A stretch of DNA of 63,895 nt from Diplonema japonicum (GCA_964019335.1 OZ025711.1:248001-311895); one strand, 5' to 3'; shown: positions 40,001 to 53,871, counted from the stretch's first letter. The notes: a model not told the origin generated them from the letters alone. Program-made: numbers and translations.

Positions 40001-43000
40001 CGACACCGTCGACTCCGAGCCGGACAGCCCGCCGCCCGACCCGCTCCCGCCGTACTGCTGCACCCCGCCGCTGAAGCCGCCAGACGCAGCCGCCGCATTC
40101 GATCCGAACGGCACAGACACCGTCGACTTCTGCAGCGACGGCATCGGGACCGCTGTCCCCGCGTCGATGCTCTCCAGCCCGGGGTTGATCGCCTTCGAGT
40201 CGTCGATGACGCCCCTCTTCTTCGACATGTCATCGGACTTCGTCTTCACCTCCGCAGCGGCGAGGGCCACCTCCTCCATGCAATCGGGTTCCGGGTACTT
40301 GCTCCCTGACTTCGTGCTGCAGGTCTTCCCGAAGGCGCACAGCCCGTGGCACCAGCACTCCTTCCACTGCTCCTTCACGTACTTGCACCCGTACTCATTA
40401 TCCGCCCCGCCCGCATCCACGATCTTGTGCCCTTCCCTACTGAAGATCCCGATCGCGCTCCCGAAGGACTGCGCCGCCCCCTCGAAGTCCCCGTTCAGGA
40501 GCTTCTCACCGGCCTCCACGATCTTCCCGAGGACCGGAACCTTCTTCAGAGCCCCCACCACGTCCGCGATCACGTCCTCGATGCTGCTCAAGAAGGCGCC
40601 AACAGCGTTCTTGATGGCGCTCAGGGCGCCGTTGAAGACGTTCTGCACCCCCTGCCACAAGGCCTGCACCTTCCCCTCCACGAAGTTCCACGCAGCCGTC
40701 GCCGCCTGCGCCACCGCCTTGCACGCTGTGTTGATCCCGTCCACAATGGCCTGCCCCACGTCCCCCAGGGACACCGACACCGAGATGTCGAACTCCGAGT
40801 CCTCGAACTTCGAGGCGAGCGAGGCATGCCCGCTCACCGTCGTCTCCACGAGCGCCACGTCCAGGGTCACCGCGAAGTCGATGTCGTTCCCGTTCACCTC
40901 CACCTTCGCCGCGAGGTTCACGAACAGGACCTGAATATTGCACTGGAAGACGGCGTACGGGACCGGGGCGTTCGTGTCGTACATGAAGAGCACCTGCTTG
41001 ATCTTCACCACCTCCAGGAAGTTCATGTCCCGCAGCTCCATCCTGAAGAAGGTGAGGTCCCAGTTCCAGGTCACGTTCACGTGCGAGGACAGCGCCCCGC
41101 CGAACAGGTCGATCCCCGCTGTGAAGGAGAAGACGTCCGCATTCAGGGTCACGTTCAGGTAGCCGTACGAGTTCAGCATCGGGATGTCGAAGGCTCCCCC
41201 GATGTCGATCAGGGCGCTCGGCGACGGCGCCACCTGCAGGTCCACCAAAAACTTCGCCCCGCCCACCGCCACCTTGTTCTCCAGACGGTTCCCGATCCGC
41301 ATCTTGAACCCTCCGATGTTCAGGTCCACCGGGTCCATCCAGGCGCTGATGTAGAAGCGCGTCTTGCTCACCGCGAGGTCGATCGCGATCTCCCAGCCGA
41401 GGAAGTTCAGGCGCCCCTGCAGGGCGACCCCCGCAGGGATCACCACGTCCCCGCTCCTGAAGGCCAGCCTCTGCTCCTTGATAGGACTGAAGGAGAAGAA
41501 TGCGAAGCACTCCAGGTCCAGCGTCGTCTCGTTCGCGTAGCCGTCCAGCTGCCCCGCGCACTTCGTCTTGTAGTTTTTGTCGTAGGGGTAGATCCCCGAC
41601 TCCGAGAGCTTCCCGGGGATGGACACCGTGTCCAGGGCGGGGACGTACTCCGACACGAGGTCGATGACCCCGCCGATGGTGAGCTCCGACACCATCGCGA
41701 TGAAGAAGTTGTCCTCGGGGAGGGTCGCGCTAATCCCGACATAGGTGCGCCCCTCGATAAAGGGCTGCGTGTTCGTTTTGCAGTTGCTCTCCTTCCCGAG
41801 ACACACCGCCCCGCCCAAGGTGAACCCGGTGGGGAGCGGGGACTTCAGGTCCCACTCCGCCCCGAGCGTGACGTCCCCGATGTGGAGGAAGGGGAGCGCC
41901 AGGGCGCGGTACCACCACCCGTCCATGGTGAGGGTCCCGCGCACAAGCTGCGCCGTCGGGCTCACCACCAGCGACAGGTCCCCGATGAGGTACAGGAAGT
42001 AGCGGTTCGCGTACGGCTCCGAGCAGCGCTCCACGCAGATCTTCAGCGGGATGTTCACCCCGAGGCTCTGCGTCGGGACCCCCCCGAACACGTGCTCGAA
42101 CTGGATGTAGATGCTCATCCCGAGGGTCCCCGCCGTGTTCACGACCGCGAAGTTGCTCTCCGACGTGTCCGGGTCCGTCCCCACACGCAGCTCCAGTACA
42201 GCTGACCCGGTGAACTGCAGCTCCGCACTTGCCGACACCCGGAAGCTCCCCGCGACGTCCGCGATCACCTCCAGGAAGTCTCCTTGCATCACATCCGGGA
42301 GCTTCGGCGACCCAATCGCGTACAGCTTCACCCCCGTCGTCGTCGCCGCGAGGGCGAGCTTCGTGTCCTGGATCCCGAAGGACAGCACGGGCGACAGGAT
42401 CGAGTCCAGGGCGTTCGCCACGTCCCTGTCGAAGTTGCTCGTCACCAAATAGGCAACGTTCGCCATCGTGATCTGGTCCACCCACACACCTGCCTCCACC
42501 CCGTTGCAGGTCGCAGGCTGCCCGATCCTCCCCACCCCTGAGATCGACGTCGTCGGGGTCGGGTTGCTGCACGCACCGAGGCAGAAGGGCATCGAGATCT
42601 CACCCTCTTGCACAACCGGCTTCAAGAGCTTCAGGAAGTTGTTGAAGTCCGTCGTCGCGTCCAGGAGCTCCCTGGTGCTGCTGCCGCGGACGCTGGATGC
42701 CGGGGCGCTCGTGTCCGGGGCGTTGGTGTCCGGAGCGTTGGTGGCCGGGGGGTTCGTAGGGGGAGCGTTGGTTGGGGGTGCGTTGGTTGCAGGAGCGTCC
42801 GTGGGAGGGGCAGCGGAAGGCACAGCGGTAGGGGGCGGCCCAGGCGGGCTCTTGGTGTTCACGGGGCAGGTCGACGGGTCGTAGACCAAGCTTTCCCCCT
42901 TCACGATGGAGTCCGCCAGCGTTGCCGCCATCCCGAAGTTGAACCCGATCCCAGACCACTTGTTCCCCGCCGCGTCCGTGATGGTAGCCGCCTTCTGCTC

Positions 43001-44521
43001 CTTCCAACCAGTTATCAAGTCTTTCAGCGATGTCTGAACCAAACCCTTCAGCCCGTCGATGGCCCCGCTGATCTTTCCAATCACATCCGCGGTCGTAAGG
43101 TCCTTGGGGATCTCCACCGATTTCACCGTCAGCCCGAAACCCCCGAACTTCACATCGCCCCACCAAGTGTCTCTGTCCACCTTCTCGAAACACCTCCAAT
43201 GCGGGTGCGTCAACACGATCGTCACCCCCTCGATACCGGTCGCCGCCTGCACGATGTTCGGCATGTCCATCCCGACAGTGAAGGCGAAACCGCTGTAAGC
43301 CCCGGCGTTCGCGAACCAGTCCACCGAGAGCGCCACCTCGAACTGCGTGTGGGCGAACCACCCCTTCTTCTCCGTTGGCGCTGCCGCAAGCTCCTTCGCT
43401 TCCCTCCTCTTCCCCTGGAGCGACCTCCTGTTTTTGTTCGTCGTCTCGGGCACACACATCCCGCTCGTCCCGCAGACCTCGTCCAGCCCACAGTCGTTGT
43501 CGGATGCGCATTCAGGCGCGCAGTTCCCGTTCAGGCACCTCTCGTCCAGCCCGCAGTCGTTGTCGGAGGTACACGGGTCACCGGTGGGGACCGGGGTAGG
43601 GACAGGTGTGGGAACAGGAGTAGGGACGGGAGTAGGAACAGGTGTTGGAACAGGTGTTGGAACAGGTGTTGGAACAGGTGTTGGAACAGGTGTTGGAACA
43701 GGTGTTGGAACAGGTGTTGGAACAGGTGTTGGAACAGGTGTTGGAACAGGGGTAGGAACAGGGGTGGGAACCGGTGTGGGGATAGGAGTTGGCACCACTG
43801 GTGCAGGGGTCCATTCCCAATTCACCCCGACACCCCACCCAAGACCAACTCCCCCGAAGAGGTGGCTGTACCAGTCGGCGCTCGGGGCAGTGTCCACCCC
43901 AGTGCTCGCCGCGATCCCTGCCGAGGGGGTGAACGAGAAGCTCCCCTTCCTCAAGCGCGTGTAGGAGACGCTGAAGCCAACTGTCACCGTGAAGAGCGGG
44001 CATTGAAACGCTGTCTGGTCGCAGTTCCTGCTGAGGACCGCACCACGGCGCCCGCTCCTCTGCAGGTGGTTCTCCCGCGCTTCGAGGATGAGGGCCTTCC
44101 TGCTGGCCGAGGCGACCGAAGCGTTGCACTGCCCTGCGAAGGCATTGACGTACGGCATCAGCGTGCTCCCGAGGTTCGAGAGCTCTTCCGTGTAGGACGT
44201 CATGTCGTTTCCTTCGAAGAAGGCGATCATCTCGTCCGCACCGGCCATCGCCGTATCCTTCAGGTTGTTCAGCTGCTCCAGGTTCTCCACCATCGCCTCC
44301 ACCTCGTCCTTCACCCCGAGGGCCTCCACCAGCTGCTTCCCCGTGTTCGTGAGGGCATCCGCCACCCCCCCTCTGTAGGCGTCTACCGTGTCCGCCAGCG
44401 ACGACGCCAACGAGAACACCGTCAGAGGCTCCGAGGTCGTCGTCGTAGTCGGTGCAGTGTCCTGCGCCCCCGCCAGAAGCACCGTTGCCCCTAGCGCCAA
44501 CAACGTGGCCAGCCTAACCAT
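37082..44521 (-). CDS. Giant secreted mosaic protein, copy 1 (2479 aa)
   Basis: ATG at 44521 ([21 protein letters not shown], signal peptide). PTPV repeats, Cys repeats, beta-rich core, five HYR-like repeats and a His-rich C-terminal domain. Strong GC3 bias. Confidence 0.92.
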   Translation of the reverse strand: MVRLATLLALGATVLLAGAQDTAPTTTTTSEPLTVFSLASSLADTVDAYRGGVADALTNTGKQLVEALGVKDEVEAMVENLEQLNNLKDTAMAGADEMIAFFEGNDMTSYTEELSNLGSTLMPYVNAFAGQCNASVASASRKALILEARENHLQRSGRRGAVLSRNCDQTAFQCPLFTVTVGFSVSYTRLRKGSFSFTPSAGIAASTGVDTAPSADWYSHLFGGVGLGWGVGVNWEWTPAPVVPTPIPTPVPTPVPTPVPTPVPTPVPTPVPTPVPTPVPTPVPTPVPTPVPTPVPTPVPTPVPTPVPTPVPTGDPCTSDNDCGLDERCLNGNCAPECASDNDCGLDEVCGTSGMCVPETTNKNRRSLQGKRREAKELAAAPTEKKGWFAHTQFEVALSVDWFANAGAYSGFAFTVGMDMPNIVQAATGIEGVTIVLTHPHWRCFEKVDRDTWWGDVKFGGFGLTVKSVEIPKDLTTADVIGKISGAIDGLKGLVQTSLKDLITGWKEQKAATITDAAGNKWSGIGFNFGMAATLADSIVKGESLVYDPSTCPVNTKSPPGPPPTAVPSAAPPTDAPATNAPPTNAPPTNPPATNAPDTNAPDTSAPASSVRGSSTRELLDATTDFNNFLKLLKPVVQEGEISMPFCLGACSNPTPTTSISGVGRIGQPATCNGVEAGVWVDQITMANVAYLVTSNFDRDVANALDSILSPVLSFGIQDTKLALAATTTGVKLYAIGSPKLPDVMQGDFLEVIADVAGSFRVSASAELQFTGSAVLELRVGTDPDTSESNFAVVNTAGTLGMSIYIQFEHVFGGVPTQSLGVNIPLKICVERCSEPYANRYFLYLIGDLSLVVSPTAQLVRGTLTMDGWWYRALALPFLHIGDVTLGAEWDLKSPLPTGFTLGGAVCLGKESNCKTNTQPFIEGRTYVGISATLPEDNFFIAMVSELTIGGVIDLVSEYVPALDTVSIPGKLSESGIYPYDKNYKTKCAGQLDGYANETTLDLECFAFFSFSPIKEQRLAFRSGDVVIPAGVALQGRLNFLGWEIAIDLAVSKTRFYISAWMDPVDLNIGGFKMRIGNRLENKVAVGGAKFLVDLQVAPSPSALIDIGGAFDIPMLNSYGYLNVTLNADVFSFTAGIDLFGGALSSHVNVTWNWDLTFFRMELRDMNFLEVVKIKQVLFMYDTNAPVPYAVFQCNIQVLFVNLAAKVEVNGNDIDFAVTLDVALVETTVSGHASLASKFEDSEFDISVSVSLGDVGQAIVDGINTACKAVAQAATAAWNFVEGKVQALWQGVQNVFNGALSAIKNAVGAFLSSIEDVIADVVGALKKVPVLGKIVEAGEKLLNGDFEGAAQSFGSAIGIFSREGHKIVDAGGADNEYGCKYVKEQWKECWCHGLCAFGKTCSTKSGSKYPEPDCMEEVALAAAEVKTKSDDMSKKRGVIDDSKAINPGLESIDAGTAVPMPSLQKSTVSVPFGSNAAAASGGFSGGVQQYGGSGSGGGLSGSESTVSLTDMPYDFSNQATYDASVENTKNRMVTAMKDKALEKQGGMGTDISSEANLEMRRTPVLEPATSYTFRCDQPINLDSLKPKVGDIDPACTSGAQVVMLRKSTLPTSQFPNRVCGTYFLEVVWQLQDSPSCGGRSNEVKQVITVEPAPPVFASVPADVTINTQQTLDPAVLGIAEGSSACKQEFDILSVDSEPKPVEGACGKWTIERKWTIVPYFSEAVCTGTFADSSSRIQTITIVDETAPVFTFTPEAAVVVPFFENFRAETNPIPLTEEQTHADFAGMNLVAEPTTTRSEDGPLVRQSAAAGDEGTCRVRGLAQHTRTWTTTDKCGNSRSFSQTVTVQHPPTTLMATQPWVEAERRFFAFSVGTSQLADACHAGKQVVGGVKSFKPLDDSTTATNACTAADAWTEDGCRRILPDASVVYTEAVHSVKPRFVTFPEDATINTTHSLAPSSGLGTPTGEAYCGTPFSIDFKDAEPVLVSCGVWVIERTWKVQPHYADCGEGFDAAYPDSLTETRVQNITVEDLFPPQFIQTPAEDQFVHFLSDYGPSATGVPLVEDIATHPDMAALNLVSYPVKLEYADVAFDFHSDAQSCSEGLAAVTRRWTTRDHCETTATWEQVVRVQHPRSQGGIGEIGNATQFQAFSVGEVHLENTTVGEVGSVEDVVLKRSVANRVVAGSVEPLADHCDAPVPELRAGSATDNITDFSEALLSLPPLRTGAMKISCPDQNQSRCEVELLTPDTTTSVVVDNGNNMQLEGDGDLYNVFAVAGNEWLIPTPHPRRVHHHQPPNRNNGGDDSGSSSNDDDDEGEWVTDPKPTMTVRASGWVILNIEYGHLDHRLDTLRDTVFEGRSLGAPFTVYNMKQVCESHDDRQRERECKYIHHWWGWHHNHHHHHHEDNDHNDWHWSSYWKGHHDTNMLMKNVTLHGTLVTQDEGVRLEIEKSRIYGQVISAGRKLHVEDTRFHCKSLFPPNAPCQ
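43580..43800 (-). repeat. 12-bp coding minisatellite (GGAACAGGTGTT on +) encoding (PTPV)n, copy 1
   Basis: 9 perfect core units plus variant flanking units. Confidence 0.95.
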
Positions 44522-44531
44522 TTCCTTTTTG

Positions 44532-44562
<31 letters not shown>

Positions 44563-45470
44563 CTTTGAAACCTGTGTATTGATAGAGATGCAAAGCCCAT
44601 GTAGACACAAACGAAATGAAAAAAGAAGAAAGAAATACCCCTATGGTGATGGGGTGTCAGCGGTGTAACCAGAAGATGTGTTTTCCGGTAAGAACGAAAG
44701 TATAAAAAAATATTTAAAAAAAATAAAAATGATTCAAAAAAAAAAAAAAAAAAAAAAAGAAAAAAAGGATTGCAACCAACAAATGCTGCACTCTGCTATT
44801 TCGGGGGGTAACAAAAAAAAAAAAAGTGGGAACGGTCTTTTCTACTAAAAAAGGAAAAAGATAAGGGGGGGGAGAAGGAAGGGGGGAAATATGTGTGAGC
44901 GGGATAAGTTATATATATCTACCGCTCAACCCATATGCCCTCTTCTTTTTTTTCCCCCTCCCCTTTTCTTGTTCGGTTAAGATCGCACCCAGGTCTACTT
45001 TTGTTTTCTTTTTTTTTTAAATTCTTGTTCCCCATCCAGCAGAGGCTTCATCGGTACATCGTCTACATAAAGAAAAAAATATTCTTTTTTTTTTTAAAAA
45101 AAAAATATAAAATAGAAGAAACAACAAGAGAGGAAGGAAAATAAGAAGGTCAAGGGGGGAAGAAGAAAAGAGGAATATAATATATAAGAGTTAAAGGAGG
45201 GTCTTTGTGAGACGCCCCAAGAAACAAATTAAGAAGGTGCCTTTTGTTGGGTTACTTACGACCCTTTTGTGGCGTGAAGGAAAAGGAAAGAAAAAAGAAG
45301 AAGAAGAGAAGGGGAAACATCGAGAAGAGAGAGAGAGAGAGAGAAAGAGAAAGAGGGAAAGAGAAAGAGTTTTTTTTTTTCTTTTTTCTTTCATTCATTC
45401 TTTCCCTCTTTTTTCTTTTTTTCTTTTTTTTCTTTTTCTGTTTTTGGTTTACAGAACTTCCTCAATATGA

Positions 45471-48400
45471 TCACTGGCACGGGGCGTTGGGAGGGAAGAG
45501 GCTCTTGCAGTGGAAGCGAGTGTCCTCGACATGCAACTTGCGCCCTGCAGAGATGACCTGCCCGTAGATGCGCGACTTCTCGATCTCGAGCCTGACGCCC
45601 TCATCCTGCGTCACAAGGGTCCCGTGCAGGGTCACGTTCTTCATAAGCATGTTGGTGTCGTGGTGGCCCTTCCAGTAGGAGCTCCAGTGCCAGTCGTTGT
45701 GGTCGTTGTCCTCGTGGTGGTGGTGGTGGTGGTTGTGGTGCCAACCCCACCAGTGGTGGATGTACTTGCACTCCCTCTCCCTCTGTCGGTCGTCGTGGCT
45801 CTCGCAAACCTGCTTCATGTTGTAGACAGTGAAGGGTGCTCCGAGGGACCTCCCCTCGAACACGGTGTCCCTCAGGGTGTCCAGCCTGTGGTCCAGATGC
45901 CCGTACTCGATGTTCAGGATGACCCAACCAGAGGCCCTCACAGTCATCGTGGGCTTCGGGTCCGTGACCCACTCGCCCTCGTCGTCGTCGTCGTTGCTGC
46001 TGCTGCCGCTGTCGTCGCCACCGTTGTTCCTGTTGGGCGGCTGGTGGTGGTGGACGCGCCTTGGGTGCGGCGTGGGGATGAGCCATTCGTTCCCGGCGAC
46101 CGCGAAAACGTTGTACAGGTCGCCGTCCCCCTCCAGCTGCATGTTGTTCCCGTTGTCGACAACGACGCTCGTCGTGGTGTCCGGCGTCAGCAACTCCACC
46201 TCGCAGCGGGACTGGTTCTGGTCGGGGCAGCTGATCTTCATGGCACCCGTGCGGAGGGGCGGAAGGCTCAGGAGCGCCTCAGAGAAATCGGTGATGTTGT
46301 CGGTGGCGCTTCCTGCCCTGAGCTCCGGGACAGGTGCGTCGCAGTGGTCCGCAAGCGGCTCAACGCTGCCAGCGACAACCCTGTTCGCGACACTCCTCTT
46401 CAAGACGACGTCCTCGACGGAGCCGACCTCCCCGACGGTCGTGTTCTCCAGGTGCACCTCCCCGACGGAGAAGGCCTGGAACTGCGTCGCGTTCCCGATC
46501 TCTCCGATCCCGCCCTGCGAGCGGGGGTGCTGCACGCGCACCACCTGCTCCCAGGTCGCCGTCGTCTCGCAGTGGTCCCGCGTGGTCCACCTCCTCGTCA
46601 CAGCGGCGAGCCCCTCGCTGCAGCTCTGTGCGTCGCTGTGGAAGTCGAAGGCAACGTCCGCGTACTCCAGCTTCACCGGGTAGGACACGAGGTTCAGGGC
46701 CGCCATGTCCGGGTGGGTCGCGATGTCCTCCACGAGGGGCACCCCTGTCGCAGAGGGCCCGTAGTCAGACAAGAAGTGCACGAACTGGTCCTCCGCGGGG
46801 GTTTGGATGAACTGCGGGGGGAACAGGTCCTCGACTGTGATGTTTTGCACCCGCGTCTCCGTAAGGGAGTCCGGGTAGGCGGCGTCGAAGCCCTCGCCGC
46901 AATCCGCGTAGTGCGGCTGCACCTTCCATGTCCTCTCGATCACCCACACCCCGCACGACACGAGCACGGGCTCTGCGTCCTTGAAATCGATGCTGAAGGG
47001 CGTCCCGCAGTAGGCCTCCCCGGTCGGTGTCCCCAGCCCGCTCGAGGGCGCGAGGGAGTGCGTGGTGTTGATCGTCGCGTCCTCCGGGAAGGTCACGAAC
47101 CGCGGCTTCACCGAGTGCACCGCCTCCGTGTAAACCACCGACGCGTCCGGCAGGATCCTCCTGCACCCGTCCTCCGTCCACGCATCCGCGGCGGTGCACG
47201 CATTCGTCGCCGTCGCCGAGTCGTCCAGCGGCTTGAAAGACTTCACGCCCCCGACCACCTGCTTCCCTGCGTGGCACGCATCCGCAAGCTGGCTTGTCCC
47301 GACAGAGAACGCGAAGAAGCGCCTCTCTGCCTCCACCCACGGCTGCGTCGCCATCAGCGTCGTCGGCGGGTGCTGCACGGTCACCGTCTGCGAGAAGCTC
47401 CTGCTGTTCCCACACTTGTCGGTCGTGGTCCAGGTCCTCGTGTGCTGCGCAAGACCGCGCACCCTGCACGTCCCCTCGTCACCCGCCGCCGCCGACTGCC
47501 TCACAAGGGGCCCGTCCTCGGACCTCGTCGTCGTCGGCTCCGCCACCAGGTTCATCCCCGCGAAGTCGGCGTGCGTCTGCTCCTCCGTCAGGGGGATCGG
47601 GTTCGTCTCTGCCCGGAAGTTCTCGAAGAAGGGGACAACAACCGCCGCCTCGGGGGTGAAGGTGAAGACAGGCGCCGTCTCGTCCACGATCGTGATGGTC
47701 TGGATCCTGCTGCTGCTGTCTGCGAAGGTTCCCGTGCACACCGCCTCGGAGAAGTATGGCACGATCGTCCACTTCCTCTCGATGGTCCACTTCCCGCACG
47801 CCCCCTCCACAGGCTTCGGCTCGCTGTCCACCGAGAGGATGTCGAACTCCTGCTTGCAAGCGGACGACCCTTCCGCGATCCCCAGCACCGCCGGGTCCAG
47901 GGTCTGTTGCGTGTTGATGGTGACGTCCGCCGGGACCGACGCGAACACGGGGGGTGCAGGTTCCACCGTGATGACCTGCTTCACCTCGTTGGAGCGGCCC
48001 CCGCACGAGGGGCTGTCCTGTAGCTGCCACACCACCTCCAGGAAGTAGGTCCCGCAGACCCTGTTCGGGAACTGCGACGTCGGGAGCGTCGACTTCCTCA
48101 GCATCACAACCTGCGCGCCCGAGGTGCACGCGGGGTCGATGTCCCCCACCTTCGGCTTCAGGCTGTCCAGGTTGATCGGTTGGTCGCAGCGGAACGTGTA
48201 CGAGGTCGCGGGTTCCAGGACAGGGGTGCGGCGCATCTCCAGGTTCGCCTCGCTGCTGATGTCGGTCCCCATCCCGCCCTGCTTCTCCAGCGCCTTGTCC
48301 TTCATCGCCGTCACCATCCTGTTCTTCGTGTTCTCCACGCTTGCGTCGTAGGTCGCCTGGTTGCTGAAGTCGTAAGGCATGTCCGTGAGCGACACCGTCG

Positions 48401-51400
48401 ACTCCGAGCCGGACAGCCCGCCGCCCGACCCGCTCCCGCCGTACTGCTGCACCCCGCCGCTGAAGCCGCCAGACGCAGCCGCCGCATTCGATCCGAACGG
48501 CACAGACACCGTCGACTTCTGCAGCGACGGCATCGGGACCGCTGTCCCCGCGTCGATGCTCTCCAGCCCGGGGTTGATCGCCTTCGAGTCGTCGATGACG
48601 CCCCTCTTCTTCGACATGTCATCGGACTTCGTCTTCACCTCCGCAGCGGCGAGGGCCACCTCCTCCATGCAATCGGGTTCCGGGTACTTGCTCCCTGACT
48701 TCGTGCTGCAGGTCTTCCCGAAGGCGCACAGCCCGTGGCACCAGCACTCCTTCCACTGCTCCTTCACGTACTTGCACCCGTACTCATTATCCGCCCCGCC
48801 CGCATCCACGATCTTGTGCCCTTCCCTACTGAAGATCCCGATCGCGCTCCCGAAGGACTGCGCCGCCCCCTCGAAGTCCCCGTTCAGGAGCTTCTCACCG
48901 GCCTCCACGATCTTCCCGAGGACCGGAACCTTCTTCAGAGCCCCCACCACGTCCGCGATCACGTCCTCGATGCTGCTCAAGAAGGCGCCAACAGCGTTCT
49001 TGATGGCGCTCAGGGCGCCGTTGAAGACGTTCTGCACCCCCTGCCACAAGGCCTGCACCTTCCCCTCCACGAAGTTCCACGCAGCCGTCGCCGCCTGCGC
49101 CACCGCCTTGCACGCTGTGTTGATCCCGTCCACAATGGCCTGCCCCACGTCCCCCAGGGACACCGACACCGAGATGTCGAACTCCGAGTCCTCGAACTTC
49201 GAGGCGAGCGAGGCATGCCCGCTCACCGTCGTCTCCACGAGCGCCACGTCCAGGGTCACCGCGAAGTCGATGTCGTTCCCGTTCACCTCCACCTTCGCCG
49301 CGAGGTTCACGAACAGGACCTGAATATTGCACTGGAAGACGGCGTACGGGACCGGGGCGTTCGTGTCGTACATGAAGAGCACCTGCTTGATCTTCACCAC
49401 CTCCAGGAAGTTCATGTCCCGCAGCTCCATCCTGAAGAAGGTGAGGTCCCAGTTCCAGGTCACGTTCACGTGCGAGGACAGCGCCCCGCCGAACAGGTCG
49501 ATCCCCGCTGTGAAGGAGAAGACGTCCGCATTCAGGGTCACGTTCAGGTAGCCGTACGAGTTCAGCATCGGGATGTCGAAGGCTCCCCCGATGTCGATCA
49601 GGGCGCTCGGCGACGGCGCCACCTGCAGGTCCACCAAAAACTTCGCCCCGCCCACCGCCACCTTGTTCTCCAGACGGTTCCCGATCCGCATCTTGAACCC
49701 TCCGATGTTCAGGTCCACCGGGTCCATCCAGGCGCTGATGTAGAAGCGCGTCTTGCTCACCGCGAGGTCGATCGCGATCTCCCAGCCGAGGAAGTTCAGG
49801 CGCCCCTGCAGGGCGACCCCCGCAGGGATCACCACGTCCCCGCTCCTGAAGGCCAGCCTCTGCTCCTTGATAGGACTGAAGGAGAAGAATGCGAAGCACT
49901 CCAGGTCCAGCGTCGTCTCGTTCGCGTAGCCGTCCAGCTGCCCCGCGCACTTCGTCTTGTAGTTTTTGTCGTAGGGGTAGATCCCCGACTCCGAGAGCTT
50001 CCCGGGGATGGACACCGTGTCCAGGGCGGGGACGTACTCCGACACGAGGTCGATGACCCCGCCGATGGTGAGCTCCGACACCATCGCGATGAAGAAGTTG
50101 TCCTCGGGGAGGGTCGCGCTAATCCCGACATAGGTGCGCCCCTCGATAAAGGGCTGCGTGTTCGTTTTGCAGTTGCTCTCCTTCCCGAGACACACCGCCC
50201 CGCCCAAGGTGAACCCGGTGGGGAGCGGGGACTTCAGGTCCCACTCCGCCCCGAGCGTGACGTCCCCGATGTGGAGGAAGGGGAGCGCCAGGGCGCGGTA
50301 CCACCACCCGTCCATGGTGAGGGTCCCGCGCACAAGCTGCGCCGTCGGGCTCACCACCAGCGACAGGTCCCCGATGAGGTACAGGAAGTAGCGGTTCGCG
50401 TACGGCTCCGAGCAGCGCTCCACGCAGATCTTCAGCGGGATGTTCACCCCGAGGCTCTGCGTCGGGACCCCCCCGAACACGTGCTCGAACTGGATGTAGA
50501 TGCTCATCCCGAGGGTCCCCGCCGTGTTCACGACCGCGAAGTTGCTCTCCGACGTGTCCGGGTCCGTCCCCACACGCAGCTCCAGTACAGCTGACCCGGT
50601 GAACTGCAGCTCCGCACTTGCCGACACCCGGAAGCTCCCCGCGACGTCCGCGATCACCTCCAGGAAGTCTCCTTGCATCACATCCGGGAGCTTCGGCGAC
50701 CCAATCGCGTACAGCTTCACCCCCGTCGTCGTCGCCGCGAGGGCGAGCTTCGTGTCCTGGATCCCGAAGGACAGCACGGGCGACAGGATCGAGTCCAGGG
50801 CGTTCGCCACGTCCCTGTCGAAGTTGCTCGTCACCAAATAGGCAACGTTCGCCATCGTGATCTGGTCCACCCACACACCTGCCTCCACCCCGTTGCAGGT
50901 CGCAGGCTGCCCGATCCTCCCCACCCCTGAGATCGACGTCGTCGGGGTCGGGTTGCTGCACGCACCGAGGCAGAAGGGCATCGAGATCTCACCCTCTTGC
51001 ACAACCGGCTTCAAGAGCTTCAGGAAGTTGTTGAAGTCCGTCGTCGCGTCCAGGAGCTCCCTGGTGCTGCTGCCGCGGACGCTGGATGCCGGGGCGCTCG
51101 TGTCCGGGGCGTTGGTGTCCGGAGCGTTGGTGGCCGGGGGGTTCGTAGGGGGAGCGTTGGTTGGGGGTGCGTTGGTTGCAGGAGCGTCCGTGGGAGGGGC
51201 AGCGGAAGGCACAGCGGTAGGGGGCGGCCCAGGCGGGCTCTTGGTGTTCACGGGGCAGGTCGACGGGTCGTAGACCAAGCTTTCCCCCTTCACGATGGAG
51301 TCCGCCAGCGTTGCCGCCATCCCGAAGTTGAACCCGATCCCAGACCACTTGTTCCCCGCCGCGTCCGTGATGGTAGCCGCCTTCTGCTCCTTCCAACCAG

Positions 51401-52922
51401 TTATCAAGTCTTTCAGCGATGTCTGAACCAAACCCTTCAGCCCGTCGATGGCCCCGCTGATCTTTCCAATCACATCCGCGGTCGTAAGGTCCTTGGGGAT
51501 CTCCACCGATTTCACCGTCAGCCCGAAACCCCCGAACTTCACATCGCCCCACCAAGTGTCTCTGTCCACCTTCTCGAAACACCTCCAATGCGGGTGCGTC
51601 AACACGATCGTCACCCCCTCGATACCGGTCGCCGCCTGCACGATGTTCGGCATGTCCATCCCGACAGTGAAGGCGAAACCGCTGTAAGCCCCGGCGTTCG
51701 CGAACCAGTCCACCGAGAGCGCCACCTCGAACTGCGTGTGGGCGAACCACCCCTTCTTCTCCGTTGGCGCTGCCGCAAGCTCCTTCGCTTCCCTCCTCTT
51801 CCCCTGGAGCGACCTCCTGTTTTTGTTCGTCGTCTCGGGCACACACATCCCGCTCGTCCCGCAGACCTCGTCCAGCCCACAGTCGTTGTCGGATGCGCAT
51901 TCAGGCGCGCAGTTCCCGTTCAGGCACCTCTCGTCCAGCCCGCAGTCGTTGTCGGAGGTACACGGGTCACCGGTGGGGACCGGGGTAGGGACAGGTGTGG
52001 GAACAGGAGTAGGGACGGGAGTAGGAACAGGTGTTGGAACAGGTGTTGGAACAGGTGTTGGAACAGGTGTTGGAACAGGTGTTGGAACAGGTGTTGGAAC
52101 AGGTGTTGGAACAGGTGTTGGAACAGGTGTTGGAACAGGTGTTGGAACAGGGGTAGGAACAGGGGTGGGAACCGGTGTGGGGATAGGAGTTGGCACCACT
52201 GGTGCAGGGGTCCATTCCCAATTCACCCCGACACCCCACCCAAGACCAACTCCCCCGAAGAGGTGGCTGTACCAGTCGGCGCTCGGGGCAGTGTCCACCC
52301 CAGTGCTCGCCGCGATCCCTGCCGAGGGGGTGAACGAGAAGCTCCCCTTCCTCAAGCGCGTGTAGGAGACGCTGAAGCCAACTGTCACCGTGAAGAGCGG
52401 GCATTGAAACGCTGTCTGGTCGCAGTTCCTGCTGAGGACCGCACCACGGCGCCCGCTCCTCTGCAGGTGGTTCTCCCGCGCTTCGAGGATGAGGGCCTTC
52501 CTGCTGGCCGAGGCGACCGAAGCGTTGCACTGCCCTGCGAAGGCATTGACGTACGGCATCAGCGTGCTCCCGAGGTTCGAGAGCTCTTCCGTGTAGGACG
52601 TCATGTCGTTTCCTTCGAAGAAGGCGATCATCTCGTCCGCACCGGCCATCGCCGTATCCTTCAGGTTGTTCAGCTGCTCCAGGTTCTCCACCATCGCCTC
52701 CACCTCGTCCTTCACCCCGAGGGCCTCCACCAGCTGCTTCCCCGTGTTCGTGAGGGCATCCGCCACCCCCCCTCTGTAGGCGTCTACCGTGTCCGCCAGC
52801 GACGACGCCAACGAGAACACCGTCAGAGGCTCCGAGGTCGTCGTCGTAGTCGGTGCAGTGTCCTGCGCCCCCGCCAGAAGCACCGTTGCCCCTAGCGCCA
52901 ACAACGTGGCCAGCCTAACCAT
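45471..52922 (-). CDS. Giant secreted mosaic protein, copy 2 (2483 aa)
   Basis: As copy 1, with one extra PTPV unit and a T->A substitution (DDSATATN). Confidence 0.92.
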   Translation of the reverse strand: MVRLATLLALGATVLLAGAQDTAPTTTTTSEPLTVFSLASSLADTVDAYRGGVADALTNTGKQLVEALGVKDEVEAMVENLEQLNNLKDTAMAGADEMIAFFEGNDMTSYTEELSNLGSTLMPYVNAFAGQCNASVASASRKALILEARENHLQRSGRRGAVLSRNCDQTAFQCPLFTVTVGFSVSYTRLRKGSFSFTPSAGIAASTGVDTAPSADWYSHLFGGVGLGWGVGVNWEWTPAPVVPTPIPTPVPTPVPTPVPTPVPTPVPTPVPTPVPTPVPTPVPTPVPTPVPTPVPTPVPTPVPTPVPTPVPTPVPTGDPCTSDNDCGLDERCLNGNCAPECASDNDCGLDEVCGTSGMCVPETTNKNRRSLQGKRREAKELAAAPTEKKGWFAHTQFEVALSVDWFANAGAYSGFAFTVGMDMPNIVQAATGIEGVTIVLTHPHWRCFEKVDRDTWWGDVKFGGFGLTVKSVEIPKDLTTADVIGKISGAIDGLKGLVQTSLKDLITGWKEQKAATITDAAGNKWSGIGFNFGMAATLADSIVKGESLVYDPSTCPVNTKSPPGPPPTAVPSAAPPTDAPATNAPPTNAPPTNPPATNAPDTNAPDTSAPASSVRGSSTRELLDATTDFNNFLKLLKPVVQEGEISMPFCLGACSNPTPTTSISGVGRIGQPATCNGVEAGVWVDQITMANVAYLVTSNFDRDVANALDSILSPVLSFGIQDTKLALAATTTGVKLYAIGSPKLPDVMQGDFLEVIADVAGSFRVSASAELQFTGSAVLELRVGTDPDTSESNFAVVNTAGTLGMSIYIQFEHVFGGVPTQSLGVNIPLKICVERCSEPYANRYFLYLIGDLSLVVSPTAQLVRGTLTMDGWWYRALALPFLHIGDVTLGAEWDLKSPLPTGFTLGGAVCLGKESNCKTNTQPFIEGRTYVGISATLPEDNFFIAMVSELTIGGVIDLVSEYVPALDTVSIPGKLSESGIYPYDKNYKTKCAGQLDGYANETTLDLECFAFFSFSPIKEQRLAFRSGDVVIPAGVALQGRLNFLGWEIAIDLAVSKTRFYISAWMDPVDLNIGGFKMRIGNRLENKVAVGGAKFLVDLQVAPSPSALIDIGGAFDIPMLNSYGYLNVTLNADVFSFTAGIDLFGGALSSHVNVTWNWDLTFFRMELRDMNFLEVVKIKQVLFMYDTNAPVPYAVFQCNIQVLFVNLAAKVEVNGNDIDFAVTLDVALVETTVSGHASLASKFEDSEFDISVSVSLGDVGQAIVDGINTACKAVAQAATAAWNFVEGKVQALWQGVQNVFNGALSAIKNAVGAFLSSIEDVIADVVGALKKVPVLGKIVEAGEKLLNGDFEGAAQSFGSAIGIFSREGHKIVDAGGADNEYGCKYVKEQWKECWCHGLCAFGKTCSTKSGSKYPEPDCMEEVALAAAEVKTKSDDMSKKRGVIDDSKAINPGLESIDAGTAVPMPSLQKSTVSVPFGSNAAAASGGFSGGVQQYGGSGSGGGLSGSESTVSLTDMPYDFSNQATYDASVENTKNRMVTAMKDKALEKQGGMGTDISSEANLEMRRTPVLEPATSYTFRCDQPINLDSLKPKVGDIDPACTSGAQVVMLRKSTLPTSQFPNRVCGTYFLEVVWQLQDSPSCGGRSNEVKQVITVEPAPPVFASVPADVTINTQQTLDPAVLGIAEGSSACKQEFDILSVDSEPKPVEGACGKWTIERKWTIVPYFSEAVCTGTFADSSSRIQTITIVDETAPVFTFTPEAAVVVPFFENFRAETNPIPLTEEQTHADFAGMNLVAEPTTTRSEDGPLVRQSAAAGDEGTCRVRGLAQHTRTWTTTDKCGNSRSFSQTVTVQHPPTTLMATQPWVEAERRFFAFSVGTSQLADACHAGKQVVGGVKSFKPLDDSATATNACTAADAWTEDGCRRILPDASVVYTEAVHSVKPRFVTFPEDATINTTHSLAPSSGLGTPTGEAYCGTPFSIDFKDAEPVLVSCGVWVIERTWKVQPHYADCGEGFDAAYPDSLTETRVQNITVEDLFPPQFIQTPAEDQFVHFLSDYGPSATGVPLVEDIATHPDMAALNLVSYPVKLEYADVAFDFHSDAQSCSEGLAAVTRRWTTRDHCETTATWEQVVRVQHPRSQGGIGEIGNATQFQAFSVGEVHLENTTVGEVGSVEDVVLKRSVANRVVAGSVEPLADHCDAPVPELRAGSATDNITDFSEALLSLPPLRTGAMKISCPDQNQSRCEVELLTPDTTTSVVVDNGNNMQLEGDGDLYNVFAVAGNEWLIPTPHPRRVHHHQPPNRNNGGDDSGSSSNDDDDEGEWVTDPKPTMTVRASGWVILNIEYGHLDHRLDTLRDTVFEGRSLGAPFTVYNMKQVCESHDDRQRERECKYIHHWWGWHHNHHHHHHEDNDHNDWHWSSYWKGHHDTNMLMKNVTLHGTLVTQDEGVRLEIEKSRIYGQVISAGRKLHVEDTRFHCKSLFPPNAPCQ
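51969..52201 (-). repeat. (PTPV)n minisatellite, copy 2
   Basis: 10 perfect core units. Confidence 0.95.
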
Positions 52923-52932
52923 TTCCTTTTTG

Positions 52933-52963
<31 letters not shown>

Positions 52964-53871
52964 CTTTGAAACCTGTGTATTGATAGAGATGCAAAGCCCA
53001 TGTAGACACAAACGAAATGAAAAAAGAAGAAAGAAATACCCCTATGGTGATGGGGTGTCAGCGGTGTAACCAGAAGATGTGTTTTCCGGTAAGAACGAAA
53101 GTATAAAAAAATATTTAAAAAAAATAAAAATGATTCAAAAAAAAAAAAAAAAAAAAAAAGAAAAAAAGGATTGCAACCAACAAATGCTGCACTCTGCTAT
53201 TTCGGGGGGTAACAAAAAAAAAAAAAGTGGGAACGGTCTTTTCTACTAAAAAAGGAAAAAGATAAGGGGGGGGAGAAGGAAGGGGGGAAATATGTGTGAG
53301 CGGGATAAGTTATATATATCTACCGCTCAACCCATATGCCCTCTTCTTTTTTTTCCCCCTCCCCTTTTCTTGTTCGGTTAAGATCGCACCCAGGTCTACT
53401 TTTGTTTTCTTTTTTTTTTAAATTCTTGTTCCCCATCCAGCAGAGGCTTCATCGGTACATCGTCTACATAAAGAAAAAAATATTCTTTTTTTTTTTAAAA
53501 AAAAAATATAAAATAGAAGAAACAACAAGAGAGGAAGGAAAATAAGAAGGTCAAGGGGGGAAGAAGAAAAGAGGAATATAATATATAAGAGTTAAAGGAG
53601 GGTCTTTGTGAGACGCCCCAAGAAACAAATTAAGAAGGTGCCTTTTGTTGGGTTACTTACGACCCTTTTGTGGCGTGAAGGAAAAGGAAAGAAAAAAGAA
53701 GAAGAAGAGAAGGGGAAACATCGAGAAGAGAGAGAGAGAGAGAGAAAGAGAAAGAGGGAAAGAGAAAGAGTTTTTTTTTTTCTTTTTTCTTTCATTCATT
53801 CTTTCCCTCTTTTTTCTTTTTTTCTTTTTTTTCTTTTTCTGTTTTTGGTTTACAGAACTTCCTCAATATGA

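Noticed and set aside
37121-44494. Long plus-strand ORFs (837, 619, 628 aa) and their copies in later units
   Set aside because: Antisense shadows of a high-GC3 CDS, with unnatural V/R/H/L composition and no motifs.
44522-44608. N-terminal MSTWALH...poly-Lys extension of the array protein, and similar extensions of RRP40, NEK and the SAM-KH gene
   Set aside because: For the array protein it starts at GTG and runs through an A-tract leader, and the downstream ATG gives a clean signal peptide. The other extensions likewise translate A-tract leaders.
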